From an uncultured Saprospiraceae bacterium (lineage in GTDB: Bacteria; Bacteroidota; Bacteroidia; Chitinophagales; Saprospiraceae), in contig CALNYY010000056.1 in the NCBI GenBank assembly GCA_942490835.1, positions 84,280 through 148,279 of the forward strand: a DNA stretch of 64,000 nucleotides. The letters run 5' to 3'. The notes beneath the pieces were generated by a model, which was given only the letters and a program-made list of their open reading frames with translations, had not been told where the DNA came from and searched no databases. Each line of letters begins with the position of its first letter. Within the stretch, counting starts at the first letter, position 1. Below, piece after piece: positions 19,151 through 29,054 of the stretch. The translations under genes and the position numbers were made by a program.

Positions 19151-20974
19151 ATGGCATATAAAAGTCTCAGAGCATGCTTGTTAGATCTTGAAAAAAACGG
19201 TCACTTAAAACGTATATCAGAAGAAGTTGATCCAGATTTAGAAATGGCCGAAATTCATAAACAAGTATTTGACAATAAGGGCCCTGCATTATTGTTTGAA
19301 AAAGTGAAAGGCAGTCCATTCATGGCTGCTTCGAATATTTATGGAACGAATGAACGGACTGCTTTTATCTTCAGGAAAACCCTGCCTAAGGTCAAAAAAG
19401 TAGTTTTACTAAAATCTGATCCTACCCTTTTATTTAAAAATCCATTAGGATTTCTCTCTGCTCCAATGACTGCATTGACCGCTTTACCTTACAAGTCATG
19501 GAAAGCGCCAGTAACGTATAGTAAAACAACTATAGATCAACTACCCCAAGTGAAAAGCTGGAAAATGGATGGAGGTGCATTTATCACCTTGCCGCAAGTA
19601 ATGACTTTGCCACCAGGCGAAAAAAGTATCATGAAATCAAACCTGGGAATGTACCGGATTCAGTTGTCTGGAAATGACTATGAAGTAAATAAGGAGGTTG
19701 GATTACATTATCAATTGCACAGAGGAATAGGAGTTCACCACACTCAATACAATAAATCTGATGAAGATTTCAGATGCTCCGTTTTCATTGGAGGGCCACC
19801 CTCTCATGCATTCGCAGCAATAATGCCGATGCCTGAAGGAATGAGTGAGTTGACCTTTGCAGGCATGTTGGCAGGGCGTCGATTTCGATATAAATGGTTA
19901 AACAATCATGTGATTTCTGCTGATGCTGATTTTGTTATTACAGGAAAAATCAGAAAAGATATTAAAAAACCAGAAGGGCCTTTCGGTGATCACCTCGGCT
20001 ACTATTCGTTAACGCATGATTTTCCAGTGATGGAGGTCGAAAATGTGTACCACCGAAAGGATGCTATCTGGCAGTTTACTGTTGTTGGACGCCCACCTCA
20101 AGAAGATTCCGCTTTTGGTTGGATGATTCATCAATTAGTCGAGCCACTTACATCCCAAGAATTTCCTGGAATAAAAGAAATACATGCGGTTGATGCAGCT
20201 GGGGTACACCCATTGTTATTGGCCATTGGCTCTGAAAGATATATGCCTTTTCGTGAACGAAAACCGGAAGAAATACTGACCCAAGCCAATCATCTTTTAG
20301 GAAAAGGACAAACTACTTTATCAAAATTTGTTGTGATAGCTGCGGAAGGCGATGCACCCAACTTGGACACGCACAATACGGAACACTTTTTCAACCATGT
20401 TTTGGAGCGCATCGACCTCGAAAGGGATTTACATTTCCAAACCCGCACCACTATTGATACATTGGATTATTCTGGTAGTGGATGGAATGAGGGGAGCAAG
20501 GTAGTGATCGCTGCTTGCGGCGAAAAAGTACGTAAACTAAAAGCTGAATTACCAGCCGGGATTTTATTGCCAAACGGATTTTCTGACCCACACTTTGTTC
20601 AGAAAGGTATTCTGGCAATAAAAGCTCCTGCGTTTAATCAAGAGGTAAATCAAAAACTCCTAGCGTCATTTTGCAAGGAGATGGAGCAATTTTCTGATTA
20701 TTTTCAGCAACACTTACCACTAATTATATTGACGGAAGACCCAGCCTTTTTGGCTAAAAACCAGCTCAACTTTCTCTGGGTCACTTTTACCCGAACAAAT
20801 CCTTCACACGACATTCATGGAATAGGATCATTCTTTGAAAACAAACATTGGGGATGTAAAGGAGCGTTGGTTTTTGATGCAAGGAAAAAACCACATCATG
20901 CGCCTGAGCTGGAAGCTGACAAAGCTGTAGCTGCTAAAGCAAAGAAAATAGTTGATAGAATCCTGTCAAAATGA
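19151..20974 (+). CDS. UbiD-family (prenylated-FMN dependent) decarboxylase
   Basis: N-terminus LRACLLDLEKNGHLKRISEEVDPDLEMAEIHKQV...GPALLFEKVKG is typical of UbiD; about 600 aa. Confidence 0.8.
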   Translation: MAYKSLRACLLDLEKNGHLKRISEEVDPDLEMAEIHKQVFDNKGPALLFEKVKGSPFMAASNIYGTNERTAFIFRKTLPKVKKVVLLKSDPTLLFKNPLGFLSAPMTALTALPYKSWKAPVTYSKTTIDQLPQVKSWKMDGGAFITLPQVMTLPPGEKSIMKSNLGMYRIQLSGNDYEVNKEVGLHYQLHRGIGVHHTQYNKSDEDFRCSVFIGGPPSHAFAAIMPMPEGMSELTFAGMLAGRRFRYKWLNNHVISADADFVITGKIRKDIKKPEGPFGDHLGYYSLTHDFPVMEVENVYHRKDAIWQFTVVGRPPQEDSAFGWMIHQLVEPLTSQEFPGIKEIHAVDAAGVHPLLLAIGSERYMPFRERKPEEILTQANHLLGKGQTTLSKFVVIAAEGDAPNLDTHNTEHFFNHVLERIDLERDLHFQTRTTIDTLDYSGSGWNEGSKVVIAACGEKVRKLKAELPAGILLPNGFSDPHFVQKGILAIKAPAFNQEVNQKLLASFCKEMEQFSDYFQQHLPLIILTEDPAFLAKNQLNFLWVTFTRTNPSHDIHGIGSFFENKHWGCKGALVFDARKKPHHAPELEADKAVAAKAKKIVDRILSK

Positions 20975-20979
20975 TGCTC

Positions 20980-22077
20980 TTATATGCCTAATCGCTGTCT
21001 AATTGCTGGAGGGACTGCATTTTTATTTACCATCAAGCCAACTGTTTTTAATTGAAAATATGAAGCTGACATGTAAACATATCCCTGGTAGGGACTAATT
21101 GCCCCCCATGAATTTTTTGTATAATAATATTTTTGGCCATTTTGATCTTTGGCAATGCCTGTAACATGCATCAAGTGATCATCCTTTGTGGAGTAATTTT
21201 GAAATGTAGATTGACGAAGTGACTGCGTAACAGCAACCTCCTTTACGGGGTTTTGAAATATATCTTCCCGTTCTTCATCTATTGGCATCACCGCAATTCC
21301 ATTTTTTGAAGAAAACCCTTTTTCGCTAACATCACCGTCCCATGCAACAGAATACCCTTGTGCCACAGCATAATCTGTGATGGCAAGCAGGTCTTCCATT
21401 GGGACATTATAGTAGGTTCCATTGGCATAATTATCTGGAATTTCTAAAATAATTTTTTGATCAAATGGATGATGCGTGTAAGAGGTGAAACTGATATAGT
21501 CATCGGGGTTTATTCCAAGTTGATTTGCAAAGGATTCAGGCGTGTATTCCTTACCATTATAAGTGAATTTATTAGGTGGAGTTCCTAAATAGGCATTCAT
21601 TAAAGCCACAAATCCTGCCCTCCATTTTTCGCTGATTGCCTTCTTTGAAATCAATGCATCCAACATTCCTTTTAATGCAGTTGCCATTTCATTATGGTCG
21701 TGTTTTGCATCGCCCTCTAACTGCCCAGAATAAGCTTCTTCTGGAACTGCTCCGTAATATTTGAATGCAGAAATAACGTCATGAGAGAGCCCTCCTTGAC
21801 TAAACTGCGCTTTACCCTGCCTGAATAAATAATTCTCCGCTTTTTTGACATATATATTCCTTACAAAATACATTTCTGAAAGATCATACTCCGGCTTACC
21901 CATTCTCATCAATTCCGACTCTAGAAAGGAGGAAGTAGCAAAGCTCCAGCAAGTTCCTGTTTTATCTTGACTTTTAACTGGCGTGCAATTACAGTCATGC
22001 ACCATAGTAAATTGGTACTGCGCATTTAACGAAAAACAAAATAGCACGGTAAATATGATAAGGAAGATATTTTTCAT
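20980..22077 (-). CDS. Secreted C1-family cysteine peptidase (aminopeptidase C/bleomycin-hydrolase-like)
   Basis: Signal peptide. Active-site region VKSQDKTGTCWSFATSSFLESE (Q..C-W papain-like). Confidence 0.7.
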   Translation of the reverse strand: MKNIFLIIFTVLFCFSLNAQYQFTMVHDCNCTPVKSQDKTGTCWSFATSSFLESELMRMGKPEYDLSEMYFVRNIYVKKAENYLFRQGKAQFSQGGLSHDVISAFKYYGAVPEEAYSGQLEGDAKHDHNEMATALKGMLDALISKKAISEKWRAGFVALMNAYLGTPPNKFTYNGKEYTPESFANQLGINPDDYISFTSYTHHPFDQKIILEIPDNYANGTYYNVPMEDLLAITDYAVAQGYSVAWDGDVSEKGFSSKNGIAVMPIDEEREDIFQNPVKEVAVTQSLRQSTFQNYSTKDDHLMHVTGIAKDQNGQKYYYTKNSWGAISPYQGYVYMSASYFQLKTVGLMVNKNAVPPAIRQRLGI

Positions 22078-22139
22078 AAAAGTATTTTTCGGATGTATAA
22101 AACGGTGGTAAAAGTAAAAAACAAAAACAGTTGTTGCAA

Positions 22140-22171
22140 TTGTTTATCGGAAGCCTTCCTTCTTACATTTG
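22140..22171 (+). promoter_or_regulatory. Candidate Bacteroidota promoter (TTG-N21-TACATTTG) for surE
   Basis: TTG at 22140-22142 and TACATTTG at 22164-22171, 21 nt upstream of the surE ATG. Confidence 0.45.
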
Positions 22172-22192
22172 TGCTTAAACAACTAAAGATAA

Positions 22193-22972
22193 ATGGATAA
22201 AAAACCACTCATTTTAATTACAAACGACGATGGTATAAATGCACCAGGGCTTGCGGCTTTAGTTGAAGCTGCAAAAGATTTTGGAACGATCGTCATTTCT
22301 GCACCAGATAGCCCCCAGTCCGGACAAGGTCATGCAATCACTATCAAAGACCCATTACGATTAAAAAAAGTAAAATTATTTGAAGGAATTGAGGCTTACG
22401 AATGCAGTGGAACGCCAGTTGACTGTGTAAAACTGGCAAAGAGCGTGATCCTAAAAGACCAAAACATAGATCTCTGTCTTTCCGGCATCAATCATGGCCC
22501 AAACCACTCATTAAATATCCTTTATTCTGGCACCATGTCGGCTGCAATGGAAGCATCATTAGAAGGCATAAATTCCATTGGGTTCTCATTGTTGGATTTT
22601 TCTTGGAAGGCCGACTTTGACCATACAATTCCACATATAAAAAAATTGATAAGTTTTGTTCTTGAAAGAGGAATGACTAATTGCAATTTGCTGAACGTCA
22701 ATATCCCTATGGTATCAGAAAGTCCAATTGAAGGTTTCAAAATTTGTCGACAAGCAGAAGCAAGGTGGGTCGAAGAGTATGTTGAAGGAACGGACCCTTA
22801 TGGTCAAAAATACTATTGGTTAACTGGCAATTTTGTCAATGGAGATGATGGGGCTGATACGGATGTTTGGGCATTGGAAAACAATTACATCTCAGTCGTG
22901 CCTTCTGGCCACGATTTAACCAAATACAGTGCTTTTGAAGATTTTAGCGCCCTGGAAATAAAATCCAATTAA
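22193..22972 (+). CDS. surE: 5'/3'-nucleotidase SurE
   Basis: ILITNDDGINAPGL N-terminal signature, GINHGPN, YSGTMSAAMEA. Confidence 0.9.
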   Translation: MDKKPLILITNDDGINAPGLAALVEAAKDFGTIVISAPDSPQSGQGHAITIKDPLRLKKVKLFEGIEAYECSGTPVDCVKLAKSVILKDQNIDLCLSGINHGPNHSLNILYSGTMSAAMEASLEGINSIGFSLLDFSWKADFDHTIPHIKKLISFVLERGMTNCNLLNVNIPMVSESPIEGFKICRQAEARWVEEYVEGTDPYGQKYYWLTGNFVNGDDGADTDVWALENNYISVVPSGHDLTKYSAFEDFSALEIKSN

Positions 22973-22988
22973 TAAAAAACAGAATTAT

Positions 22989-23288
22989 ATGAAAGACAAA
23001 AATTCACTCCTTGTCGGGATTTTGGTTGGAGTATTATTGCCGATAATAGGATATATAATTGTCTTCGGAGTCTATGAATTAATGGAAGGATTGGGATGGG
23101 TGAGTGATAGTGGATTCAGGCCAAAATTCCGTGAACGAACAACGGGAATAATCGCTATTGCTTTTAATGCTATTGCATTAAATTTTTACCAAAAAAAATA
23201 TTTGAATGATACCGTACGAGGCATAGTTGTAACAACAGCTTTATGGGTGATTTTGTGGTTGGTATTATTCGGACAGTATGTTTTGTAA
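22989..23288 (+). CDS. Small integral membrane protein (3 predicted TM segments), unknown function
   Basis: Hydrophobic segments LLVGILVGVLLPIIGYIIVFGV, GIIAIAFNAIALNF and VVTTALWVILWLVLFG. Tightly packed between surE and lpxB. Confidence 0.6.
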   Translation: MKDKNSLLVGILVGVLLPIIGYIIVFGVYELMEGLGWVSDSGFRPKFRERTTGIIAIAFNAIALNFYQKKYLNDTVRGIVVTTALWVILWLVLFGQYVL

Positions 23289-23290
23289 AA

Positions 23291-24415
23291 ATGAAATATT
23301 ACATCATAGCTGGGGAGGCATCAGGGGATTTGCATGGATCAAACCTCATTAAATCTTTGTATAGTGAAGATCGGTCAGCGAATATTCGTGGCTGGGGAGG
23401 TGACCTGATGAATGATGCGGGCGCAGAAATAGTAAAACATTATAGAGAGCTAGCCTTTATGGGTTTTGTAGAAGTGTTGAAAAATTTACCCACCATCCTC
23501 CAAAATTTTAAAACTTGTAAAAAAGACATATTGCAATTTGCTCCTGATGCATTGATTTTGGTTGATTATCCAGGTTTTAATTTAAGAATCGCAAAATGGG
23601 CAAAAAAAAATAACTTAAAAGTATTTTATTATATCTCTCCTCAATTATGGGCCTGGAATACTGGTCGTGTAGATATCGTCCGAAAATTTGTTGATCGGAT
23701 GTTTGTAATCCTACCATTCGAAAAAGAATTTTATGCAAAACACGGAATTGAGGTTGACTTTCCTGGCCATCCCCTGATTGATGTGATTCAAAACTATAAA
23801 CCTGCAACAGATTTCTTCGAGAAAAATAAATTGATTGAAGACAAACGGATTATTGCAGTATTGCCTGGCAGTAGAAAACAGGAAATTACCCGCATGTTGG
23901 ATCAGATGCTAAAATTAAGTACCCAATTCAAAAACTTGCAATGGGTGATAGCAGGGGCGCCTTCTATTGAGCTTGAATTTTACCAGTCTTTTTTAGAAAA
24001 ATATCCAACTGTAAAGCTTGTTCAAAATCAGACTTATGACCTCCTTTCACATTCATACGCTGCATTGGTGACATCGGGGACAGCAACACTGGAAACAGCT
24101 CTTTTCAATGTACCACAAGTAGTGTGTTATAGTGGAAACGGAATATCCTATTGGCTGGCCAAAAGGCTGGTTAACAAGGATTTGAAATATATCGCCATGG
24201 CAAACCTAATAGCTGACCAACGAGTGGTAACAGAACTGATTCAAGAAAAATTTTGCTCAAAAAATATAGAGAATGAAATAGAACAATTACTTAATGAGGC
24301 AACCAGGCAGAAGATTTTTGACGGATATAATTCGATTAAACTAAAGCTTGACAAAGCGGGGGCATCTGAAAATACAGCGAAATTGATTTACCAATATTTA
24401 TCACCACAGACTTAA
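23291..24415 (+). CDS. lpxB: Lipid-A-disaccharide synthase
   Basis: The ATG at 23291 gives MKYYIIAGEASGDLHGSNLI (canonical LpxB start). The track ORF begins further upstream, in frame overlap with the previous gene. Confidence 0.9.
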   Translation: MKYYIIAGEASGDLHGSNLIKSLYSEDRSANIRGWGGDLMNDAGAEIVKHYRELAFMGFVEVLKNLPTILQNFKTCKKDILQFAPDALILVDYPGFNLRIAKWAKKNNLKVFYYISPQLWAWNTGRVDIVRKFVDRMFVILPFEKEFYAKHGIEVDFPGHPLIDVIQNYKPATDFFEKNKLIEDKRIIAVLPGSRKQEITRMLDQMLKLSTQFKNLQWVIAGAPSIELEFYQSFLEKYPTVKLVQNQTYDLLSHSYAALVTSGTATLETALFNVPQVVCYSGNGISYWLAKRLVNKDLKYIAMANLIADQRVVTELIQEKFCSKNIENEIEQLLNEATRQKIFDGYNSIKLKLDKAGASENTAKLIYQYLSPQT

Positions 24416-24622
24416 TGACTTATGTTGTCTTGATGGATCGGCTTGGCATAAAATGTCTGCCAATCTTTTCTCATCTGATAATTTGCGGAGCAACAACGCT
24501 TGTGTTTTTGGCAACACCATTGCGTGCTCATTAAAAAACCTTTGGGCCGAGCAGGATGATCCCAAATAATCGAGAAATGATCCGGCCCACCTTCTCAAGA
24601 GATGGATAACCATATTGAACAC
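24401..24622 (-). CDS. Hypothetical 73-aa ORF (GTG start), doubtful
   Basis: The only ORF in the 222-bp gap after the flavin reductase gene. Overlaps the lpxB 3' end by 15 bp. No recognisable motif. Confidence 0.2.
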   Translation of the reverse strand: MFNMVIHLLRRWAGSFLDYLGSSCSAQRFFNEHAMVLPKTQALLLRKLSDEKRLADILCQADPSRQHKSLSLW

Positions 24623-24637
24623 TTTGGGTAATTTGGG

Positions 24638-25549
24638 TTAATGAACAGTATCAAAAACCATTAAGGTTTTTATCGCTTCTTCTGTTTTTCCTGCTTCCAA
24701 TTTCAATTTTGCCAATTCATGAATTTTTAATTTCAACAGGCCTCTATTATTATTGAATTGATGCAAAAGGTCTTTTATTTCAGGGTTATTTGCCCATTCC
24801 GCTAAAGACTTTTGATCTGGCAATTGCTCTACATTTCCGATTCTTCCTAAGTTGTTTCCTGTAAGTACATCACTCTCTCTAATTGATTGTGGAAGCATAT
24901 CGATTCCAATGCCTTTAGTTGTGATGGGTTTAGGAATTTCAAATAAAGCATCACCAGATGCCCTGCAATACCAACTGCCGCCCATCCTGGCAACAAGATC
25001 CAACTTCGTTGTATCCAAATGCCCATTCTCATCCAAATATTCTTCTTTGATATGCAATTGGACAACCCTTGCAACAATTAAATTACCGGCACCGCCCTCT
25101 GTTCCAGTTTCTATAATTTGATCGACCACACATTCAAAAGCGACTGGAGCCTCTCCTACCCTTGGTGGTTTGATTTTAGTTGAAGCGAATGCTGTAAGTC
25201 CCGACTTTTCGAATTCATTGATCCCTTTATCATATTCAGTACTGGATAAAGACATCTGCTCAACGATTGGGAAATTCACAATATTGATAACAACCTCGGG
25301 CACTTCTTGTACATTTTCCAAGGTATGCTTGGTTGTATTGTCTCTAACCCGTCTTGCTGGCGAAAATATCATTATTGGAGGGTTAGCTCCAAAACAGTTG
25401 AAGAAACTGAATGGACTAAGATTTACATTTCCTTCCTTATCAATTGTACTTGCAAAAGCAATAGGTCTTGGCGCTACCGCAGCTAACATATAGCTATGGA
25501 GTTTTCCAGTAGAAATGGAACTTGGGTCAATTGAAAGTATGGATGACAT
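24638..25549 (-). CDS. Flavin reductase-like (FMN-binding split-barrel) family protein
   Basis: LAAVAPRPIAFASTIDKEGNVNLSPFSFFN matches the flavin_reduct domain pattern. Stops 2 bp... starts 2 bp after the fahA stop, suggesting an operon. Confidence 0.75.
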   Translation of the reverse strand: MSSILSIDPSSISTGKLHSYMLAAVAPRPIAFASTIDKEGNVNLSPFSFFNCFGANPPIMIFSPARRVRDNTTKHTLENVQEVPEVVINIVNFPIVEQMSLSSTEYDKGINEFEKSGLTAFASTKIKPPRVGEAPVAFECVVDQIIETGTEGGAGNLIVARVVQLHIKEEYLDENGHLDTTKLDLVARMGGSWYCRASGDALFEIPKPITTKGIGIDMLPQSIRESDVLTGNNLGRIGNVEQLPDQKSLAEWANNPEIKDLLHQFNNNRGLLKLKIHELAKLKLEAGKTEEAIKTLMVFDTVH

Positions 25550-25551
25550 GC

Positions 25552-26799
25552 TTATTTGATATTTGGAAGAACTTTGGTTCTGACCTCTCCGAATCCAACC
25601 CTTATTCCGTCTTTTTCAGCATAACCCCTCATGGCCACAGTGTCGTTATCTTTTATGAAAACCCTCGTAGAGCCATCATTCAAAGTAATCGGATTACTCC
25701 CTGCCCATGATAGCTCCAGCATAGACCCGAACTCAGATTTTTCTTTTCCGCTGATGGTTCCTGATGCCATCATATCTCCGACATTGACATTGCAACCATT
25801 TACCGTATGGTGGGCGAGTTGCTGTACCATGTTCCAATACATATACTTGTAGTTGGAATTGCTGACTACCGTCTCTTCACTTCCTTCAGGCTGAATTCCT
25901 ACTTCGAGATTGATATCAATATTTTTATTCCCATTGTATTGTAAATAGGGCTGGACAGGTGGATCTTGGTCATATCCTTTCACTTTAAATGGTTCAAGAG
26001 CTTCCATTGTAACCACCCAGGGAGAGACACTCGATGCAAAATTTTTCCCTAAGAACGGCCCGAGTGGAACATATTCCCATTTTTGCAAATCCCTGGCTGA
26101 CCAATCATTGAAAATGACAAAACCAAAAATGTGGTCTTCTGCATTTTCTGTTGTTATTGGTTCGCCAAGTGCGGTTTCTTTACCAATGATGAATGCCATT
26201 TCCAACTCAAAATCCAATAAAGCTGATTCTTTGTAAACTGGCTCGGTTGATCCCTTTGGCAGGACTTGACCTTTAGGACGGTGAATGTCCGTTCCACTCA
26301 CGACAATGGAAGATGCTCTACCATGATAGCCAACAGGAATGTGCTTCCAATTGGGTAATAATGCATTCTCCGGATCCCGGAACATTTTACCAACATTAGT
26401 AGCATGTTCAATGCTCGAATAAAAATCTGTGTAATCCCTCACAAACACAGGCATGTGCATCGTGGCATCTGATTGTTTCTCAAAAACATTATCCTTCCCT
26501 TTCAATGGAGAATTACTATCAGATAATAATTCCTGCACCTTCAATCTAACAGCATTTGTAATAGGCTTGCCGAGTGCAATGAAGTCGTTTAGATATTCAT
26601 TATCAAATACCTCTTTTTTTACTCCAAGGCTATCGAAACAACCCAATTCGGCCACAGCATACAAGTCAAGAATTAGGTCACCTATGGCTATGCCTACTCT
26701 TGTTTTCTTACGGCCAGCGGAAAAAACTCCAAAAGGTAAATTGTGAATGGAAAAATCAGATTCGTTAGGTACATCTACCCAAGTTGTAAGGTTTGTCAT
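25552..26799 (-). CDS. fahA: Fumarylacetoacetase
   Basis: N-terminus WVDVPNESDFSIHNLPFGVF plus the FAH-fold C-terminal domain; about 415 aa. Confidence 0.85.
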   Translation of the reverse strand: MTNLTTWVDVPNESDFSIHNLPFGVFSAGRKKTRVGIAIGDLILDLYAVAELGCFDSLGVKKEVFDNEYLNDFIALGKPITNAVRLKVQELLSDSNSPLKGKDNVFEKQSDATMHMPVFVRDYTDFYSSIEHATNVGKMFRDPENALLPNWKHIPVGYHGRASSIVVSGTDIHRPKGQVLPKGSTEPVYKESALLDFELEMAFIIGKETALGEPITTENAEDHIFGFVIFNDWSARDLQKWEYVPLGPFLGKNFASSVSPWVVTMEALEPFKVKGYDQDPPVQPYLQYNGNKNIDINLEVGIQPEGSEETVVSNSNYKYMYWNMVQQLAHHTVNGCNVNVGDMMASGTISGKEKSEFGSMLELSWAGSNPITLNDGSTRVFIKDNDTVAMRGYAEKDGIRVGFGEVRTKVLPNIK

Positions 26800-26884
26800 A
26801 TTTGTTGTTGAAAAATTATTGCCTTTTAGTCTATGAAGAATAATTGTTAGAAAGTCGGTAATGAGAGTTTAGAATTCAGATAGT

Positions 26885-26950
26885 AGACAATAGACAAAAC
26901 GTTGTATCCCAATTATTTGTCTATTGTCTTTCATCTAAAATCTATTGTCT
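26885..26950. promoter_or_regulatory. Heptamer-repeat hairpin/operator-like element in the hmgA-fahA spacer
   Basis: AGACAATAGACAAA (26885-26898) is a perfect inverted repeat of TTTGTCTATTGTCT (26916-26929). Each arm is a tandem TTGTCTA heptamer. A third partial copy, TCTATTGTCT, lies at 26941-26950. Confidence 0.5.
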
Positions 26951-27005
26951 TTTTACTTAAGAATAAAAGAAGAAACAAATTCAAATTGCCTCTTCTTTTT
27001 CCTTA

Positions 27006-28193
27006 TTAATTTCCATTTAAAGCAGCAGTCTCACCATGCTCCAGCCAAGATTGATAATATTTCCCATCATCTAATTTTAGAGCATTTTCAGTAACCTGAA
27101 GTGGCTTGAAAGTATCAATCATTACTGCTAACTCTTCTGTTTCTTTTTGTCCAATACTCCTTTCATAAGCACCTGGATGTGGCCCATGAGGAATCCCCGC
27201 GGGATGCAAAGTAATATGCCCAGGAGCAATATCATTCCTGCTCATGAAATCACCATCTACATAATACAACACTTCATCTGAATCGATATTGGAGTGATTG
27301 TACGGGGCGGGAATTGCCTGTGGATGGTAGTCATATATCCTCGGGCAGAAAGAACAGATCACAAAGCTCTTTGTTTCAAAAGTCTGATGAACTGGAGGTG
27401 GCTGATGCACCCTACCTGTTATAGGCTCGAAGTTATGAATTGAAAATCCATAGGGGAAATTGTACCCGTCCCAACCAACCACATCAAATGGATGGGATTC
27501 ATAAACCAACTCATGAAGCATGCCTTGTTTCTTGATCTTCATGTGGAATGCCCCTTTTTCGTCGTGTGTTTCCATTTCTACTGGCAACTTGTAATCACGC
27601 TCGCAAAAAGGTGAATGTTCCAGCATTTGCCCAAACCAATTGCGATATCTTTTGGGCGTGTAAATTGGGTCAAAAGACTCAGCGAAAAGAATTCGATTGT
27701 CTTTTGTGTCAAATTCGATTTGATAAATCATCCCCCTTGGAATAATGAGGTAGTCCCCATATTCAAATGGAATATTCCCCAAGAAGGTCTTCAATGTTCC
27801 GGTGCCTTTATGGATGAAAAGCATCTCATCTGCATCTGCATTTTTATAAAAATAGGAAGTCATCGATTCCCGCGGAGCTGCCACTCCAACGTGGACATCA
27901 TTATTGATGAGCAATGGTTCCCGGCTTTCCAAAAAGTCATCCTTGGGAGGAGCATTGAACCCGATCAATTTTCTTGAATGAATGTTTTTTGCAACTGCAA
28001 TTTTAGGAGAAACATCTGTTGATGATAGTACCTCTTTTACCATTGTAGGTCGGTGAACGTGGTAAAGCAATGAGGACATTCCATCAAATCCTATAGTGCC
28101 AAAAAGTTGTTCATAATACAAGCTGCCATCTGGCTTCTTAAATATGGTGTGTCTCTTATTGGGTAGCTTTCCTTGTCTGTGATAAATTGGCAT
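27006..28193 (-). CDS. hmgA: Homogentisate 1,2-dioxygenase
   Basis: The ATG at 28193 gives MPIYHRQGKLPNKRHT..YYEQLFGTIGFDGMSSLLYH, the typical bacteroidetal HmgA N-terminus. The track start at 28223 is a TTG. Confidence 0.85.
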   Translation of the reverse strand: MPIYHRQGKLPNKRHTIFKKPDGSLYYEQLFGTIGFDGMSSLLYHVHRPTMVKEVLSSTDVSPKIAVAKNIHSRKLIGFNAPPKDDFLESREPLLINNDVHVGVAAPRESMTSYFYKNADADEMLFIHKGTGTLKTFLGNIPFEYGDYLIIPRGMIYQIEFDTKDNRILFAESFDPIYTPKRYRNWFGQMLEHSPFCERDYKLPVEMETHDEKGAFHMKIKKQGMLHELVYESHPFDVVGWDGYNFPYGFSIHNFEPITGRVHQPPPVHQTFETKSFVICSFCPRIYDYHPQAIPAPYNHSNIDSDEVLYYVDGDFMSRNDIAPGHITLHPAGIPHGPHPGAYERSIGQKETEELAVMIDTFKPLQVTENALKLDDGKYYQSWLEHGETAALNGN

Positions 28194-28279
28194 ATCTTTG
28201 ATTTTAAATTTGGTCTTCTTCAAAGTTGTAAAATTACTAACAATTCAGGTTCAGGCAAACCTGATGTTCATCACCGTTC

Positions 28280-29047
28280 ATGTCTACCCTTTTAGAACTC
28301 ATTTCATCATACCAATTAACCACCTTAGAATGGGTATTGTCATTTTTGGCGGCCTTTATTATTGGCCTCTCGAAATCCGGGATTAAAGGAATTGCCATTA
28401 TTATAATCACCATTATGGCAATAATTTTTGGTGGCAAAGCATCCACAGGAATTGTAGTACCTATGTTCATTGTGGGCGATATTTTTGCCGTGATCTATTA
28501 TAACAAACATACACAATGGCGATACTTAAAAAAGCTGTTGCCATGGATGATTGCAGGAGTCTTGTTAGGTGTTTGGTTTGGAAAAGATTTGCCTGAAACC
28601 CTTTTTAAAAATGGAATGGCAGTTATAATTCTGATAACAGTTGCTATGATGTTTTGGTGGGATAGGCTGAAAAGCACTGTAATTCCAGATAATAGTTGGT
28701 TTGCTGGATCGATGGGCATGTCGGCTGGATTTACCACAATGGTTGGCAATTTAGCAGGAGCTTTTTCCAATCTCTATTTCCTGGCAATGCGATTGCCAAA
28801 AGATCATTTCATCGGCACAGCAGCCTGGCTCTTCTTTATTATCAATCTCTTCAAAATGCCTTTTCATATTTGGGTATGGGAAACGGTCACATTAAAATCA
28901 TTTGCACTGAATATTTTTCTTCTGCCAGGAATATTATTGGGATTGTTTGTCGGAGTGCGAGTCGTTAAAATGATTAATGAAAACTACTATAGAAAAATGA
29001 TTTTGGTACTCACTGCCCTTGGAGCATTGGCCATATTCTTTAAGTAG
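28280..29047 (+). CDS. TauE/SafE-family anion (sulfite) exporter permease
   Basis: About 8 TM segments and GLSKSGIKG near the N-terminus, typical of TauE/SafE. Confidence 0.7.
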   Translation: MSTLLELISSYQLTTLEWVLSFLAAFIIGLSKSGIKGIAIIIITIMAIIFGGKASTGIVVPMFIVGDIFAVIYYNKHTQWRYLKKLLPWMIAGVLLGVWFGKDLPETLFKNGMAVIILITVAMMFWWDRLKSTVIPDNSWFAGSMGMSAGFTTMVGNLAGAFSNLYFLAMRLPKDHFIGTAAWLFFIINLFKMPFHIWVWETVTLKSFALNIFLLPGILLGLFVGVRVVKMINENYYRKMILVLTALGALAIFFK

Positions 29048-29054
29048 TCTCAGT

